Assembly (NCBI GenBank): GCA_963847185.1
Contig: CAWJYV010000007.1
Coordinates: 736,001 to 800,000, forward strand
Direction of reading: 5' to 3'
Length of the DNA: 64,000 nucleotides
Origin: an uncultured Methanosarcinaceae archaeon
Lineage (GTDB): Archaea; Halobacteriota; Methanosarcinia; Methanosarcinales; Methanosarcinaceae
Within the stretch, counting starts at the first letter, position 1; every line of letters begins with the position of its first letter. Under the pieces are notes generated by a model. It saw nothing but the letters and a program-made list of their open reading frames with translations. It had not been told where the DNA came from and ran no database searches. The position numbers were made by a program, and so were the translations under genes. Positions 41,043 through 51,625 of the stretch are shown in pieces.

Positions 41043-41507
41043 CCGATAATTGTAATTGCCCTTATCATCTCAGCTGTTCTATTGGCTGTAAGAATATCTC
41101 CAGCAATGAATTATGAGCAATATAGGGAAGGAAAGTATATCCATATTGATAACATGATAATAGAGTTTAGTAAAGTAAACGCGACTGTTGATGTCGAATA
41201 TCATCTCTCCCCCTTCGCCAGGGCGTATATATTCTTCTTTGGCAGCAAGAATCTGGAGCCAAAAATAAAGGAGATCTTTTCCGAATTTCCGGAAGTAAAG
41301 ATACAGAATATAGGACTTAACAGTGCTACACTGCAGATAACAAATATTTCCAGGAAAAATGATCAAGACTATATGCATGAATCCACAAAATTAGGGCTGC
41401 AGCCAGATGTTCTTACTATTGTTTATCCCTATAATCTAGGCACCAGGAAACTGGAGAATCCAGATTCAACTTTGAGTGTTTTTTATCCAGTCCATCCTGA
41501 AAATTAG
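41031..41507 (+). CDS. Hypothetical exported/membrane-anchored protein
   Basis: N-terminal hydrophobic segment in a 158-aa ORF. Confidence 0.75.
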   Translation: MNSKPIIVIALIISAVLLAVRISPAMNYEQYREGKYIHIDNMIIEFSKVNATVDVEYHLSPFARAYIFFFGSKNLEPKIKEIFSEFPEVKIQNIGLNSATLQITNISRKNDQDYMHESTKLGLQPDVLTIVYPYNLGTRKLENPDSTLSVFYPVHPEN

Positions 41508-41755
41508 AATAATATCACCAAAAAAATCAAATGATTAATTGAACCTCAGAATATAAACATGGTCTGAAATCTGTAAAGAATTGACCACAAACACCACATT
41601 CCTATTGATCAATAACTCTGGGATACGACCCGAAATATAAAATTAAGAAAATAGGATTATTTGGTCTTGGAGTAAGTGAGGAATAAAAGGTAAATTCCTC
41701 ACTTTAAACTTAAATTTATTCGCTAGAATTGTAAAGGAACCAGGATTTTTTTCCG

Positions 41756-42757
41756 TTAAAGCCATCCAAATAGCTTCTGGAAAAATCCCGCCTCTGTTAC
41801 CTCTACCGGAGCCTGGAGAGCATCTGAATATTTGATGTCACCTTCTGGGGTTTCATATCTTATTACAGTATCTATTCCATACATTTTAGGTACAGCTGCA
41901 CTATCTGCCTTAACTTTAATCTTTGCAACAGCCGTACTTCCAGGTGCTATAGTGGATAGGAATGATGTACTGTCTGTTGTACTCAAAGGATCCGAAGGAT
42001 TAATTATAGCTTTAACGTTTCTTGCTTCTTCCTCACCTGTATTTTTAATCTCTACCTGGATTATGTCCTCCCCACCGGGAGAAATACTTCCTGTAGTGTT
42101 TACGATCTCAAAATCAGCCTGATTTTTCACTTTAATCTTTAATATCTGGCTCTGGTTCATTATTCCATACCAGCGACTAGCATCATAGGTCTGAGCAGTA
42201 GAATCCGGATTCGTTATTTGCACATTTTTCTGGTAATCATAAGAAAGATTCAGGTAGAGGTTGTATTCACCTGCATTTGCCTTTTTATCTATTTTTATAT
42301 CAAATTTTGCAGGCGCAAGTGCATTTTCTCCACTTTTTACAGTACCTATTTGCTGACTAACTGATTTTACCTCAATCGGACTTCCCGGATCTACTGAGAG
42401 AGAAGCAACTACATTTGTGGCATCCACTATACTGCTTTCCAGCTTCATTTCTGTTTTTGCAGCATATATTTCATCCGAATCAGAAGGAGTCCTGTCATTC
42501 TCAAATCCTAATAATTTGCCTTTGTTCATTAAATCAATATTCAAAGTAATCGTTTGGTCTCTATCGAATTCATTGCTGCCAATAATGATGGCACTAAGAT
42601 CAGGACTGCCATCTACATTGTAATAATTTTTCCCAAGGTTAAAGCTTTGAGGGATATTATAATTATCCGGCGTAGTAGAAGTGCCTGCTGCGGAAACGCC
42701 TGATGCACATGAAATCATAGAAATTAATAACAGAGAGACTATTATCATTTTTTTCAT
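41756..42757 (-). CDS. COG1361-type S-layer-domain protein
   Basis: Signal peptide and Ig-like CARDB-type motifs (IKNTGEEEARNV...STIAPG). Last gene of the TetR-ABC operon. Confidence 0.8.
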   Translation of the reverse strand: MKKMIIVSLLLISMISCASGVSAAGTSTTPDNYNIPQSFNLGKNYYNVDGSPDLSAIIIGSNEFDRDQTITLNIDLMNKGKLLGFENDRTPSDSDEIYAAKTEMKLESSIVDATNVVASLSVDPGSPIEVKSVSQQIGTVKSGENALAPAKFDIKIDKKANAGEYNLYLNLSYDYQKNVQITNPDSTAQTYDASRWYGIMNQSQILKIKVKNQADFEIVNTTGSISPGGEDIIQVEIKNTGEEEARNVKAIINPSDPLSTTDSTSFLSTIAPGSTAVAKIKVKADSAAVPKMYGIDTVIRYETPEGDIKYSDALQAPVEVTEAGFFQKLFGWL

Positions 42758-42758
42758 T

Positions 42759-43865
42759 TTATGCTTCCCTCCTGAAGAGATGGACACCTAAAGTGAAAGT
42801 AACAATTGCAAAGAGAGTAAGTATTATCAAGTCAGTAGATATGGCGTTCAAACCCTGACCCTTAATCATAATAATACGCATAGCATCGATTGCATAAGTC
42901 AGAGGCAAGCAATAAGCTATATAACGCATCCAATCAGGAACGGAACTCAAGGGGAAAAACACACCTGTAACAAACATGGCTGGCATAGTAACCAGCATAT
43001 TTAACTGAAAGAAAGATTCCATGTCGTCTACCCTTGAAGACATGACTATCCCCATCCCTACGCCGCCAAGAGTGAAAATAACAAGCACCAGAGAGATAAG
43101 TAGCCAGCTACCATTCATATGGAATCCCAATAGAAGATATGCTGCAAGAATAAGGATAACAGCTCTGCCTAATTGCAATATTAGCTGATATATCGTTTTT
43201 CCGAGAATTACAGATCTCTTGCTGATAGGCGTCATTAACATACGAACAAGTGTACCGTCTTCTTTTTCTCCTGCAATGGCAGAACCCGTGGTTGCTACAG
43301 AACCCATAAACACGGTAAGGGCTATAACACCTGGTATGAGGAAGTCCAGATATTCCAGATTACCGTACATATTGGGAATATTTAAGTTGGTTGACCCTGT
43401 TTTCGCCAACAATTGTTTCATATAATTTATGATTATGCCACTTGTGGTAGTATCTGAGGAATCAGTCAGAAGCGTCAAAGTCGTACTCTCATTTTTCGCT
43501 ATGCTATCACTATATTCCGGAGGAATAATCAGAACGCCCTTGTATACTCCATCGTTTATTTTACTCTCAGCCTCAGACTGCGACATATCCTTTGTGTAGG
43601 TTACCGAGAACATTGGGGTTCCGTCGTATTTGCCGGTATAACTTCCGATTGCCTGAACAAGGGAACTGGAGGCTCTGCCTGTATCATCATTGACTATGAG
43701 GATAGGGGCATCTTTCACTGTCCCGCCCATGCCGTAGCCAAAAAAGACTATCATGATTATAGGGAATAGAACCAGAGGAATTATGAGCGCCTTTTTTCTG
43801 AAAAGTATTTTGAATTCTTTTTTTGCTACTATTAATGAATCCATTAGCTCGGTTTTTATTGTCAT
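42759..43865 (-). CDS. ABC-2 type exporter permease
   Basis: YLDFLIPG, EKEDGTL..ML.TP and PLTYAIDAMR motifs. Confidence 0.93.
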   Translation of the reverse strand: MTIKTELMDSLIVAKKEFKILFRKKALIIPLVLFPIIMIVFFGYGMGGTVKDAPILIVNDDTGRASSSLVQAIGSYTGKYDGTPMFSVTYTKDMSQSEAESKINDGVYKGVLIIPPEYSDSIAKNESTTLTLLTDSSDTTTSGIIINYMKQLLAKTGSTNLNIPNMYGNLEYLDFLIPGVIALTVFMGSVATTGSAIAGEKEDGTLVRMLMTPISKRSVILGKTIYQLILQLGRAVILILAAYLLLGFHMNGSWLLISLVLVIFTLGGVGMGIVMSSRVDDMESFFQLNMLVTMPAMFVTGVFFPLSSVPDWMRYIAYCLPLTYAIDAMRIIMIKGQGLNAISTDLIILTLFAIVTFTLGVHLFRREA

Positions 43866-44615
43866 TTAATCACGTACCTCTTCTCCTGTAAAGCGTACAA
43901 ACACTTCCTCAAGATTTGTACTTCCGGTTTTTTCCTTTAAAATCTCCGGCTTATCAAGAGCTACAATTTTGCCTGAATCCATTACAGCAACCCTATTACA
44001 GAGATTATCCGCTTCCTCCATGTAATGGGTTGTAAATATCAGGGTTTTCCCTTCGTCATTGAATTTTCTAGCAAGTTTCCAGATAACATTTCTGGTCTGG
44101 GGGTCGAGACCGGTTGAAGGCTCATCCCAGAATAGGATTTCTGGATCATGTAACACTGCGGCGATTACTGATAGCCTCTGCTTCATACCTCCGGAAAAGC
44201 CTCCCGTAAAACGGTCGGCGCTAGCTTCAAGCCCTACAAGCTTCAGGTAGTAATCGATTTTTTCTTCCATTTCCTTTTTTGGCACATTATAGAGGTTACC
44301 CATAAGTTCCAGATTCTCCCTGGCTGTAAGGAGAGGGTAAAGGCTAAGCTTCTGCGGGACTATCCCTATAAGTGGTCTTATTTTGTTGTCCTGTTTTTCA
44401 ACATCAAAGCCTGCAACTTTTATACTGCCGCTTGTAGGCTTTGTTAACGTGGTCAGCATGGAAAATGTAGTGGATTTGCCAGCTCCGTTAGGGCCTATCA
44501 TACCAAAAATTTCACCTTTGAATACGTCGAAACTGACACCATTCACTGCAGTAATTTTTCTTCCTCTCGAATGAAAAACCTTAACAAGGTTCCTGACCTC
44601 AATAATTGGTTCCAT
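43866..44615 (-). CDS. ABC exporter ATP-binding protein
   Basis: GPNGAGKST, FSGGMKQR, DEPSTGLDP and TTHYMEEA motifs. Confidence 0.95.
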   Translation of the reverse strand: MEPIIEVRNLVKVFHSRGRKITAVNGVSFDVFKGEIFGMIGPNGAGKSTTFSMLTTLTKPTSGSIKVAGFDVEKQDNKIRPLIGIVPQKLSLYPLLTARENLELMGNLYNVPKKEMEEKIDYYLKLVGLEASADRFTGGFSGGMKQRLSVIAAVLHDPEILFWDEPSTGLDPQTRNVIWKLARKFNDEGKTLIFTTHYMEEADNLCNRVAVMDSGKIVALDKPEILKEKTGSTNLEEVFVRFTGEEVRD

Positions 44616-44619
44616 TTAC

Positions 44620-45231
44620 TCACCTTGTCTTCGTATCCTCGGCCTTCAGGATACCTTTAGTAAATATCTCAATAAACCTATCAATCTCCTCGTCATTATC
44701 ACCTAAAAAAGAGTCACCAAATACTCCTCTTACTAAGGAAGTGTAGACAAAATAACTAATGAAAGTTATTGCAGCTGATCGAGGATTGACATTCCGCATT
44801 TTTCCGTTTTTAATCTGTATTTCAAAGTATTCCTTCAGACGAGTTATGTTTATTTGAAAGATCGACGATATAACCTCAGCAACTTCAGGCCTCCTTCGTC
44901 CTTCTTCAAAGAGCATATACATCAACATACGCCGCTTACTATCCTCTTTATTGTCCTTCATGACCTTTGCAACGTTTTTACCCAGGATACGAAGATCGGT
45001 CTCAAGATCTGAATCTTTTTCAGGTTGGAATAAATTGTCCAGTGCCGAAAATGCAGCCCGATTTTTAAACAGAACTTCTTTCAGCAGGTTTTCTTTTGAT
45101 TGGAACTTTCGGAACAAAGTCACTTCTGCAACATTTGCTTCTTCCGCGATTCTACGAGTAGTAGCTCCTGTATATCCTTCGCTGGCGAACACTTTTAAAG
45201 CTGCATCCAGGATTCTTTGTTCTGTACTCAT
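44620..45231 (-). CDS. TetR/AcrR family transcriptional regulator
   Basis: [10 protein letters not shown]...[27 protein letters not shown] helix-turn-helix. Confidence 0.94.
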   Translation of the reverse strand: MSTEQRILDAALKVFASEGYTGATTRRIAEEANVAEVTLFRKFQSKENLLKEVLFKNRAAFSALDNLFQPEKDSDLETDLRILGKNVAKVMKDNKEDSKRRMLMYMLFEEGRRRPEVAEVISSIFQINITRLKEYFEIQIKNGKMRNVNPRSAAITFISYFVYTSLVRGVFGDSFLGDNDEEIDRFIEIFTKGILKAEDTKTR

Positions 45232-45235
45232 CAGG

Positions 45236-45261
45236 AATGTAAGTAAGCGGTTACTTACATT
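45236..45261. promoter_or_regulatory. Putative TetR operator
   Basis: Perfect inverted repeat AATGTAAGTAA-GCGG-TTACTTACATT between a TTTAAA TATA box and the ATG. Confidence 0.85.
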
Positions 45262-45518
45262 TAAAGGTGTTGAGCTAAATGTGGCTCAAAACAAAAAAGA
45301 AAGTAAAATCAAAATGGAGGAAGAAAAAAAAAAAAATATAAACAAATTATAAACAAATTATAAACAAATTAAAATGGAGGAAGAAAATGTAAACAAATTA
45401 GATGAAATCCTCAAAATCGACAAGTTATTCACGATTTATCTATATCCGGAATCCTCACTTTATATTCTCTTCTAAAAGGCCTTAAATTACCCGGAAACTT
45501 TTAAAGTTATTGCATCTG

Positions 45519-46883
45519 TTATTTGTTAACCACTATAGCCTTTATATTCGTGAATTCCTTGAGCCCATAATGGGAAAGCTCTCTCCCGACTCCGGACTTC
45601 TTAACCCCGCCAAAAGGAAGCCTTGGGTCAGACCTGACCATTCCGTTGACTGCTACAAATCCCGATAGTATTCTTTTTGCCAGCTTTTCAGCCCTTTCCA
45701 GGTTTCCTGACCACACCTCTGCTCCAAGCCCGAACTCGGTCGAGTTTGCAATTTTTACTGCTTCATCATCATCCTTTGCCGTAATCAGTGGTGCAATGGG
45801 TCCGAAAACCTCCACAGTGCAGGCTTCCATATCAAGACTCGCTGCAGGAATAATGGCTGGCCTGAAGAAAAAGCCTTTTTCACATTCTTTGCCACAAACA
45901 AGAGGTTCTGCTCCTTTCTTTCTTGCATCCTGCAGAATTTTTTCGAGGTCTTCGGCAAATTCCTTCTTTGCAACAGGTCCAATATCGGTTTCCTCATCCA
46001 TAGGGTCTCCGATTTTCAATTTATTTACTTCGAATTCAAATGCTTTCGCAAAATCTTCAATAACGTTTTCCAGGATAATAAATCTCTTGGCAGCAATACA
46101 GCCCTGCCCGGTATTGAGGAAGCGGGACTTTGCCGCAGCCTGAGCAGCCCTCTCTATATCGGCATCTTCAAGCACTATAAACGGATCAGATCCTCCTAGT
46201 TCCAGGACAAAAGGCTTGATAGTTTTTCCGGCAAGTTCCCCTATTTCAGACCCTGCATTTATGCTGCCTGTAAGCGAAATCCCATCTACCATGTCCTTTT
46301 TTACGATTTCCATTGCAGTTTTGGAATCGATTAAAAGAGTTTTAAAAACATTCTCCGGAAATCCGGCCTCCAAAAAGACTTTTTCAACCTCAAGGGCGGA
46401 CTTCGGCACGTTTGAGGCATGTTTGAGCACACAAACATTTCCTGCACAGATTGAAGGTATTGCAAACTTGAATACCTGCCAGAAAGGAAAATTCCAGGGC
46501 ATTATCCCGAGAATTACCCCCATAGGCTCAAAACGTACGTAGCTTTTCTCGGCCCCGGTATCAACAAACTCATCTTTCAGAAACTCAGCCGCATTTTTAA
46601 CGTAATAATCGCAGACCAGAGCACATTTCTGAATCTCAGCTTTTGACTGCTTGATAGGTTTTCCCATTTCCTTCGTAATAATCTCGGCATAGATGTCGGT
46701 ATTCTTCCTGAGAACCTCTGCAGCCCTTGCAAGATGCCCGGTTCTCTCTTCAACAGACAGAGAACTCCATACTGAAAAAGCAGCCCTTGATTTTTTGATA
46801 TGGGCTTCACAGTCCTCAAAAGAAAAAGAATCGTACGTCCAGTTTACTTCTTCAGTATAGGGATTAACTGATCTAAACACCAT
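45519..46883 (-). CDS. NAD(P)-dependent aldehyde dehydrogenase (succinate-semialdehyde dehydrogenase-like)
   Basis: IMPWNFP, LTGS, LELGGSD, GQGCIA, EVFGP and PFGGVKKSG motifs. Confidence 0.92.
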   Translation of the reverse strand: MVFRSVNPYTEEVNWTYDSFSFEDCEAHIKKSRAAFSVWSSLSVEERTGHLARAAEVLRKNTDIYAEIITKEMGKPIKQSKAEIQKCALVCDYYVKNAAEFLKDEFVDTGAEKSYVRFEPMGVILGIMPWNFPFWQVFKFAIPSICAGNVCVLKHASNVPKSALEVEKVFLEAGFPENVFKTLLIDSKTAMEIVKKDMVDGISLTGSINAGSEIGELAGKTIKPFVLELGGSDPFIVLEDADIERAAQAAAKSRFLNTGQGCIAAKRFIILENVIEDFAKAFEFEVNKLKIGDPMDEETDIGPVAKKEFAEDLEKILQDARKKGAEPLVCGKECEKGFFFRPAIIPAASLDMEACTVEVFGPIAPLITAKDDDEAVKIANSTEFGLGAEVWSGNLERAEKLAKRILSGFVAVNGMVRSDPRLPFGGVKKSGVGRELSHYGLKEFTNIKAIVVNK

Positions 46884-46940
46884 GATTTCAGCTCCAGTAT
46901 GTTATTTCCGAAGTAAGAGGATTAACTGGTTTGATTATTT

Positions 46941-47060
46941 GTGAATTCATCCTCCATGATGAGTCACAATTAACTTATTTTATACTCATAACCTCATCCC
47001 CATGGAAAGTCACATTCAATTGATTTTACATTTATGACTTCATTTCCCATGAAGAGTCAC
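46941..47060. repeat. Three degenerate palindromic repeats at 46-47 bp period
   Basis: TCAT-N4/5-ATG-N3/4-AGTCAC cores, with CCATG at 46954, 47000 and 47047. Confidence 0.7.
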
Positions 47061-47251
47061 GTATTAGTATAGGGTCTTTTTATATTATTAAAGTTTGGTG
47101 AGATAGCACCAGAAAAATAGGGATCTCGGGTTTTACGCTTATTCAAAAACATGGCATCCGTGAATACTTTTAGTGAATTTTGAGTGAGGCAAATCCCTTA
47201 TTTGGAAGAATGAACGAGTTATTAGACTTATATAGTATAGGACTTGTGTTT

Positions 47252-47430
47252 GGTTCTTCGCTATTTTGAGCGGGTAACTTACATTCATATCCTAAATGTT
47301 GAAGTGGTATATCTAGAATTTAGAAACATCCGTTATTTAAAATCATATTCAAACTTGATGTTTTCCTTTTTGACCGGGTTACTTTCTAACTAAGTAATAA
47401 TTTTCAACCCACACAAAACAGCGAAGAGCC
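47252..47430. mobile_element. 179-bp MITE nested in the IS701 left end
   Basis: 24-bp imperfect TIR GGTTCTTCGCTATTTTGAGCGGGT / ACCCACACAAAACAGCGAAGAGCC. Confidence 0.75.
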
Positions 47431-47508
47431 AATTGCTGTAGATCACATTAAAATAATATTGATTTCAATATAATAATAAAAATATAATCAAAAAAAAAAA
47501 TCTTTGAG

Positions 47509-48501
47509 TTGAATGCAATAAATCCGCCTAAATGTACTGAACTTGATTGCATCAACTTTCTCATTGCTTCTTCGCGAGTCTTTAGCTGTACTGAAGCTTC
47601 TAAATGTAGTTTTACAGACTCGAATCGTCCATCTCATGACTCTTTTACTCGCCTTCTTCTAAGGCAGCCTCCGGATACGGAGGCTTTATGGGAAGAAGTC
47701 AAGGATCTTGTCATTCCTGACTGGATTTTTCATTATCGATGATACTGTTCTGGATAAACCTTATTCCAAACATATAGATCTTGTTTACAGGCAATGGAGT
47801 GGTAAACATCATCAGATTATAAATGGGATCAATCTTGAAATCGTTGTCTGGACAAATAATGATGCTATAATTCCTGTTGACTTTAGAATTTACAATATAG
47901 ATACTGACGGTAAAACCAAAAACGATCATTTTCTTGATATGTTGAACAGGGCAGAAGAACGTGGTTTTTCCCCCGAATTTGTTCTTTTTGATACATAGTA
48001 TTCCAGTGTAAAGAATCTCAAAGCAATCAGGAAAAAAGAATGGCACTGGTTAACAAGGTTGAAGAAAAACAGGTTAGTTAACCCTGATAAGACTGGTAAT
48101 GTATCAATTAAATTGTTAACTATTCCACCAGAAGGAATGACGGTTCATCTGAAAGAGTACGGTTTTATTAAGGTGTTTCGGATAGCTTCCAATGACGGAG
48201 ACGCGCAATACTGGGCTACAGATGTACTGGATATGCAGGAAAAAAAGGAAAGAGTTAGGGAAAAAAAGCCTGGAAAATTGAAGAGTATCATAGAGGAATT
48301 AAACAGTTTTGTGGAGTTGAACGCTGTCAGGCAAGAAGAAACAGTGTGCAGAGAGCACATATTATGATGACGATAAGAGCATTTCTAAGGTTTGAAGTAC
48401 AAAGAATAAAAACAGGCATTACATGGTTTGAAGCGAAATGGAACATTAAAAGAAATGCTGTTAATCAATTCCTAAGAAAGCCAATCTACATCTTAATCTA
48501 A
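47509..48501 (+). pseudogene. IS701-family transposase pseudogene
   Basis: HDSFTRLL, IIDDTVLDKPY, QWSGKHH and VLFDT*YSS motifs. Frameshifts near 47710 and 48260, and a TAG at 47996. Confidence 0.88.
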
Positions 48502-48763
48502 AAATTGAGAAAATTGAAAAGTGGCCTGCAAAGCAGGCAAATAAGTAAGTCCTATATCTAATTCCTAAATAATCTAACCTCTAAATTTTTTAGTTACTGA
48601 AATCTCATAATCTTACCCACATTTGCTTCCATGTGATCTCCTTTCTAACAAATAATCTAATATTCTCTAATTTGAAACCAAGATCGTGGAGATACTTATA
48701 AATTTCTTTAAACTGTTTAATACTAAGATTTTTCAAATTTAATAATATAAAAGAGGAAATATA

Positions 48764-51151
48764 ATGAAAAATAAGAACATATTGTACTCAAAAACTTTCG
48801 TATCACTATTTATCGCTTTGTTTTTAATATTCATATCATCTACTGCGTCGGCAGACCCTGTACAAGGTGCTTCGCCTGTTGCAATATATGCATATATCGC
48901 AAATCAAGATGGGACTATTTCTGTACTTGACACAACAAACTATACTATTACAGCTACTGTGAGTGTAGGCAATCCCAGTGGAGTTGCATTCAGCCCGGAT
49001 GGAACAAAGGTGTTTGTGGCGAACTCTTTGAGCAACACTGTCTCTGTAATAAATACAACAACTAACACCGTTACAGCTACGGTAAATGTAGGTGGATATC
49101 CAAGTGGAGTTGCAGTCAGCCCAGATGGAACAAAGGTGTTTGTGGCGAACTCTTTGAGCAACACTGTCTCTGTAATAAATACAATAACTAACATCGTTAC
49201 AGCTAACGTTGATGTAGGAGAATCTTCTTCTGAAGTTGCAGTCACACCGGATGGAAAAAAGGTATATGTGACGAGCCGGGGCAACAATACAGTTTCTGTA
49301 ATTGACACCACAAACGATACTGTTATAGCCACTGTACCTGTAGGAAATGGTTCTACCAGAGTTGAAATCAGCCCGGATGGAACAAAGGCATATGTGGCGA
49401 ACAGTGCTGACAATACTGTCTCTGTAATTGACACAGTCACAGATACTGTTACAGCTACGGTACCTGTAGGAACTAATCCTTTTGAAGTTGCGGTCAACCC
49501 ATCGGGAACGCAGGTATATGTGGTTGGGTACGGCAATGATATTTCTGTCATTGACACCGCGACAAATACTGTTACAGCCACGGTTGATGTAGTAGAACGG
49601 CCTCGCGAAATTGCAGTCAGTCCAGATGGATCAAAGGTATATGTGACAAATTATTTTGAGCGAGATTACATCGTCACTGTAATTGATACAGCAACAAACG
49701 CTGTTACAGCCACGGTGAATGTCGGAAACCCTGCTCGAGGAATTGCATTCAACCCATCTGGGACAAAGGCGTTCGTCACGAATCCGGATTGTGGCATGGT
49801 CTCAATAATTGACACAGCAACTAATAGGGTTACATCCACAGTGAATGTCGGAGGCAGTCCTATTGTCAATGGGCTGTTTATAGTTCCTCGTTCAGCACTA
49901 AAACCAGTACTTTATGTGAACTTCAGTAGCAATCTAACCAGTGAGTATGCTCCTCTGACTGTCCAGTTTACTGATCTGTCGCAAAATGCAACCGGATGGT
50001 ACTGGGACTTTGGAGATGGAACTATTTCAACTGACCAGAATCCGACGCATACTTATTCTTCTGCAGGACCCTACACTGTTAAACTAATCGCAAACAATGA
50101 AAACGATAAAGATTCGAAATTTGCTATAATAACTGCTTTAGATTACAATTTACCTCCTGTAGCAGACTTTGCTGCCAATCCGTCTAGAGGCGGTAATCCT
50201 CTTTTCGTCCAGTTTACTGACCTTTCTCAAAACGCAGCTGGATGGAACTGGGACTTTGGAGATGGAGCTACTTCAACCCTTCAAAACCCGAGGCATATCT
50301 ATATAGATCATTCATCATTTAGTGGTGAAGGTGGGGCCATAAATATACAAAGAAGCTATATTGTTACCCTAACTTTGAGCAATGAAAACGTCACTGCCTC
50401 AAAAAAAGCTACAATGGTTATGGATCGTCAGTTTTATGTTCCGCCCAGTTCGGGTAAAAGTTCAAGTGGAGGCGGTGGTTCTCCTGAATCTGCAAAAAAC
50501 ATTGAAGTAAAGGAACTTTCCCAGGTCTTCATTACGAACGGAAAGGCTGTTAAGTTTGATTTCACCAAGAATGCAACCTGTGTTGTGTATGTGGGTTTTG
50601 ACTCTAAGAAGACTGCTGGTAAGATTACAACTATTGTCGAGATGCTGAAAAATCAATCCAATCTTACCTCTGATACGCCCACTGGTGAAGTCTATAACTA
50701 CCTGAATATCTGGGTTGGAAACGATGGGTATGCAACTGAAAAGAATATCGGAAATGCGACTGTATATTTCAAAGTTGAAAAATCCTGGATACAGGATAAA
50801 AATATAGACCAATCTTCAATCATCCTGAACAGGTACAGTGAAAAGAAGTGGGATCCATTGCCTACCAGCCAATCAGGAGAAGATGACAGGTATCTGTATT
50901 TCACAGCAGAAACCCCGGAATTCTCTTCCTTTGCAATAACAGGGAAGGTAAAAGAGAAGGTAAATACCTCTGAAACTGTAACTGAAATATGGCATGGAGA
51001 TGAGTCTGACAACTCTGAAGAGAACACGGAGGGTCCAGGATCGGAAGCTAATCAGGAACCCGAACAGGAAGAAAATACAGATATGCCTGGCTTTGAAATT
51101 ATTTATGGCATAGTTGTCTTGCTTAGCGTATTCTATTATATAAGAAAATAA
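48764..51151 (+). CDS. Cell-surface protein: YVTN beta-propeller, 2 PKD, PGF-pre-PGF, PGF-CTERM
   Basis: PDGTKVYV.N...VSVIDT repeats, WDFGDG, NIEVKELSQ...AETPEFSSFAITG, and MPGF followed by a TM and RK. Confidence 0.93.
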   Translation: MKNKNILYSKTFVSLFIALFLIFISSTASADPVQGASPVAIYAYIANQDGTISVLDTTNYTITATVSVGNPSGVAFSPDGTKVFVANSLSNTVSVINTTTNTVTATVNVGGYPSGVAVSPDGTKVFVANSLSNTVSVINTITNIVTANVDVGESSSEVAVTPDGKKVYVTSRGNNTVSVIDTTNDTVIATVPVGNGSTRVEISPDGTKAYVANSADNTVSVIDTVTDTVTATVPVGTNPFEVAVNPSGTQVYVVGYGNDISVIDTATNTVTATVDVVERPREIAVSPDGSKVYVTNYFERDYIVTVIDTATNAVTATVNVGNPARGIAFNPSGTKAFVTNPDCGMVSIIDTATNRVTSTVNVGGSPIVNGLFIVPRSALKPVLYVNFSSNLTSEYAPLTVQFTDLSQNATGWYWDFGDGTISTDQNPTHTYSSAGPYTVKLIANNENDKDSKFAIITALDYNLPPVADFAANPSRGGNPLFVQFTDLSQNAAGWNWDFGDGATSTLQNPRHIYIDHSSFSGEGGAINIQRSYIVTLTLSNENVTASKKATMVMDRQFYVPPSSGKSSSGGGGSPESAKNIEVKELSQVFITNGKAVKFDFTKNATCVVYVGFDSKKTAGKITTIVEMLKNQSNLTSDTPTGEVYNYLNIWVGNDGYATEKNIGNATVYFKVEKSWIQDKNIDQSSIILNRYSEKKWDPLPTSQSGEDDRYLYFTAETPEFSSFAITGKVKEKVNTSETVTEIWHGDESDNSEENTEGPGSEANQEPEQEENTDMPGFEIIYGIVVLLSVFYYIRK

Positions 51152-51337
51152 AAAGGAGAAATACAAAGTTAGATGTGAAATAAAGGATGAAAGGTTAATC
51201 CTTTCACTTTTTTTGTACACTTTTGTGCTCAATAAATCGGTCGTGGGAGTCAGTTACTGAAAATCGCAAACCGAAAAGCAGTTTTCAAATCAGGACAAAG
51301 AAGGTATATGTGCCCGTTTTGCCAGACTTAATTAATT

Positions 51338-51453
51338 ATGTCTTACGCACTTCAGGCTCAAAATCAAGAGCAACAGACATTGCTATAAATACCATGGTTT
51401 AGACAATTGAAGGTTTAACGCCGTTGGTTTTTCAGTTCAACCGCGTAAGTCCT
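51338..51453. mobile_element. 116-bp MITE, copy 2 (inverted relative to copy 1)
   Basis: Its reverse complement aligns end to end with 34026-34141. One TIR is mutated (ATGTCTTACGC). Confidence 0.85.
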
Positions 51454-51575
51454 ATAGTATTTAGGAACTTCTTACATAGTATTCAGGAACTTAGTTCACA
51501 GCTCAAAAGTTAAAGGAATAAAAAATTAAAAATAAATCGAATAAAACAAGATAAAAAAGATTAAGTTTCAGGGTG

Positions 51576-51623
51576 CTGAAGCTTTTCAGCTTGGCGAAAA
51601 TGCCAGCCTAACGAAAGCTTCAG
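51576..51623 (-). terminator. Stem-loop just after the hisS stop
   Basis: CTGAAGCTTT...AAAGCTTCAG stem followed by T-rich tracts on the minus strand. Confidence 0.45.
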
Positions 51624-51625
51624 TT

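Larger units (their letters stand above)
47238..48554 (+). mobile_element. Degenerate IS701-family insertion sequence
   Basis: Ends TAGGACTT... and ...AAGTCCTA around a broken transposase gene. Confidence 0.8.

Noticed and set aside
45300-45400. Short duplications (ATAAACAAATT, AAAATGGAGGAAGAAAA); similar ones at 6857, 15218, 16320, 20105 and 29503
   Set aside because: Low-complexity slippage duplications with no evidence of function.
46941-47060. Possible mini-CRISPR
   Set aside because: Repeats are degenerate, and the ~20-nt spacers resemble each other.
47996-47998. In-frame TAG in the transposase as a pyrrolysine codon
   Set aside because: It falls at an expected Trp (TGG to TAG), and the gene has two further frameshifts.
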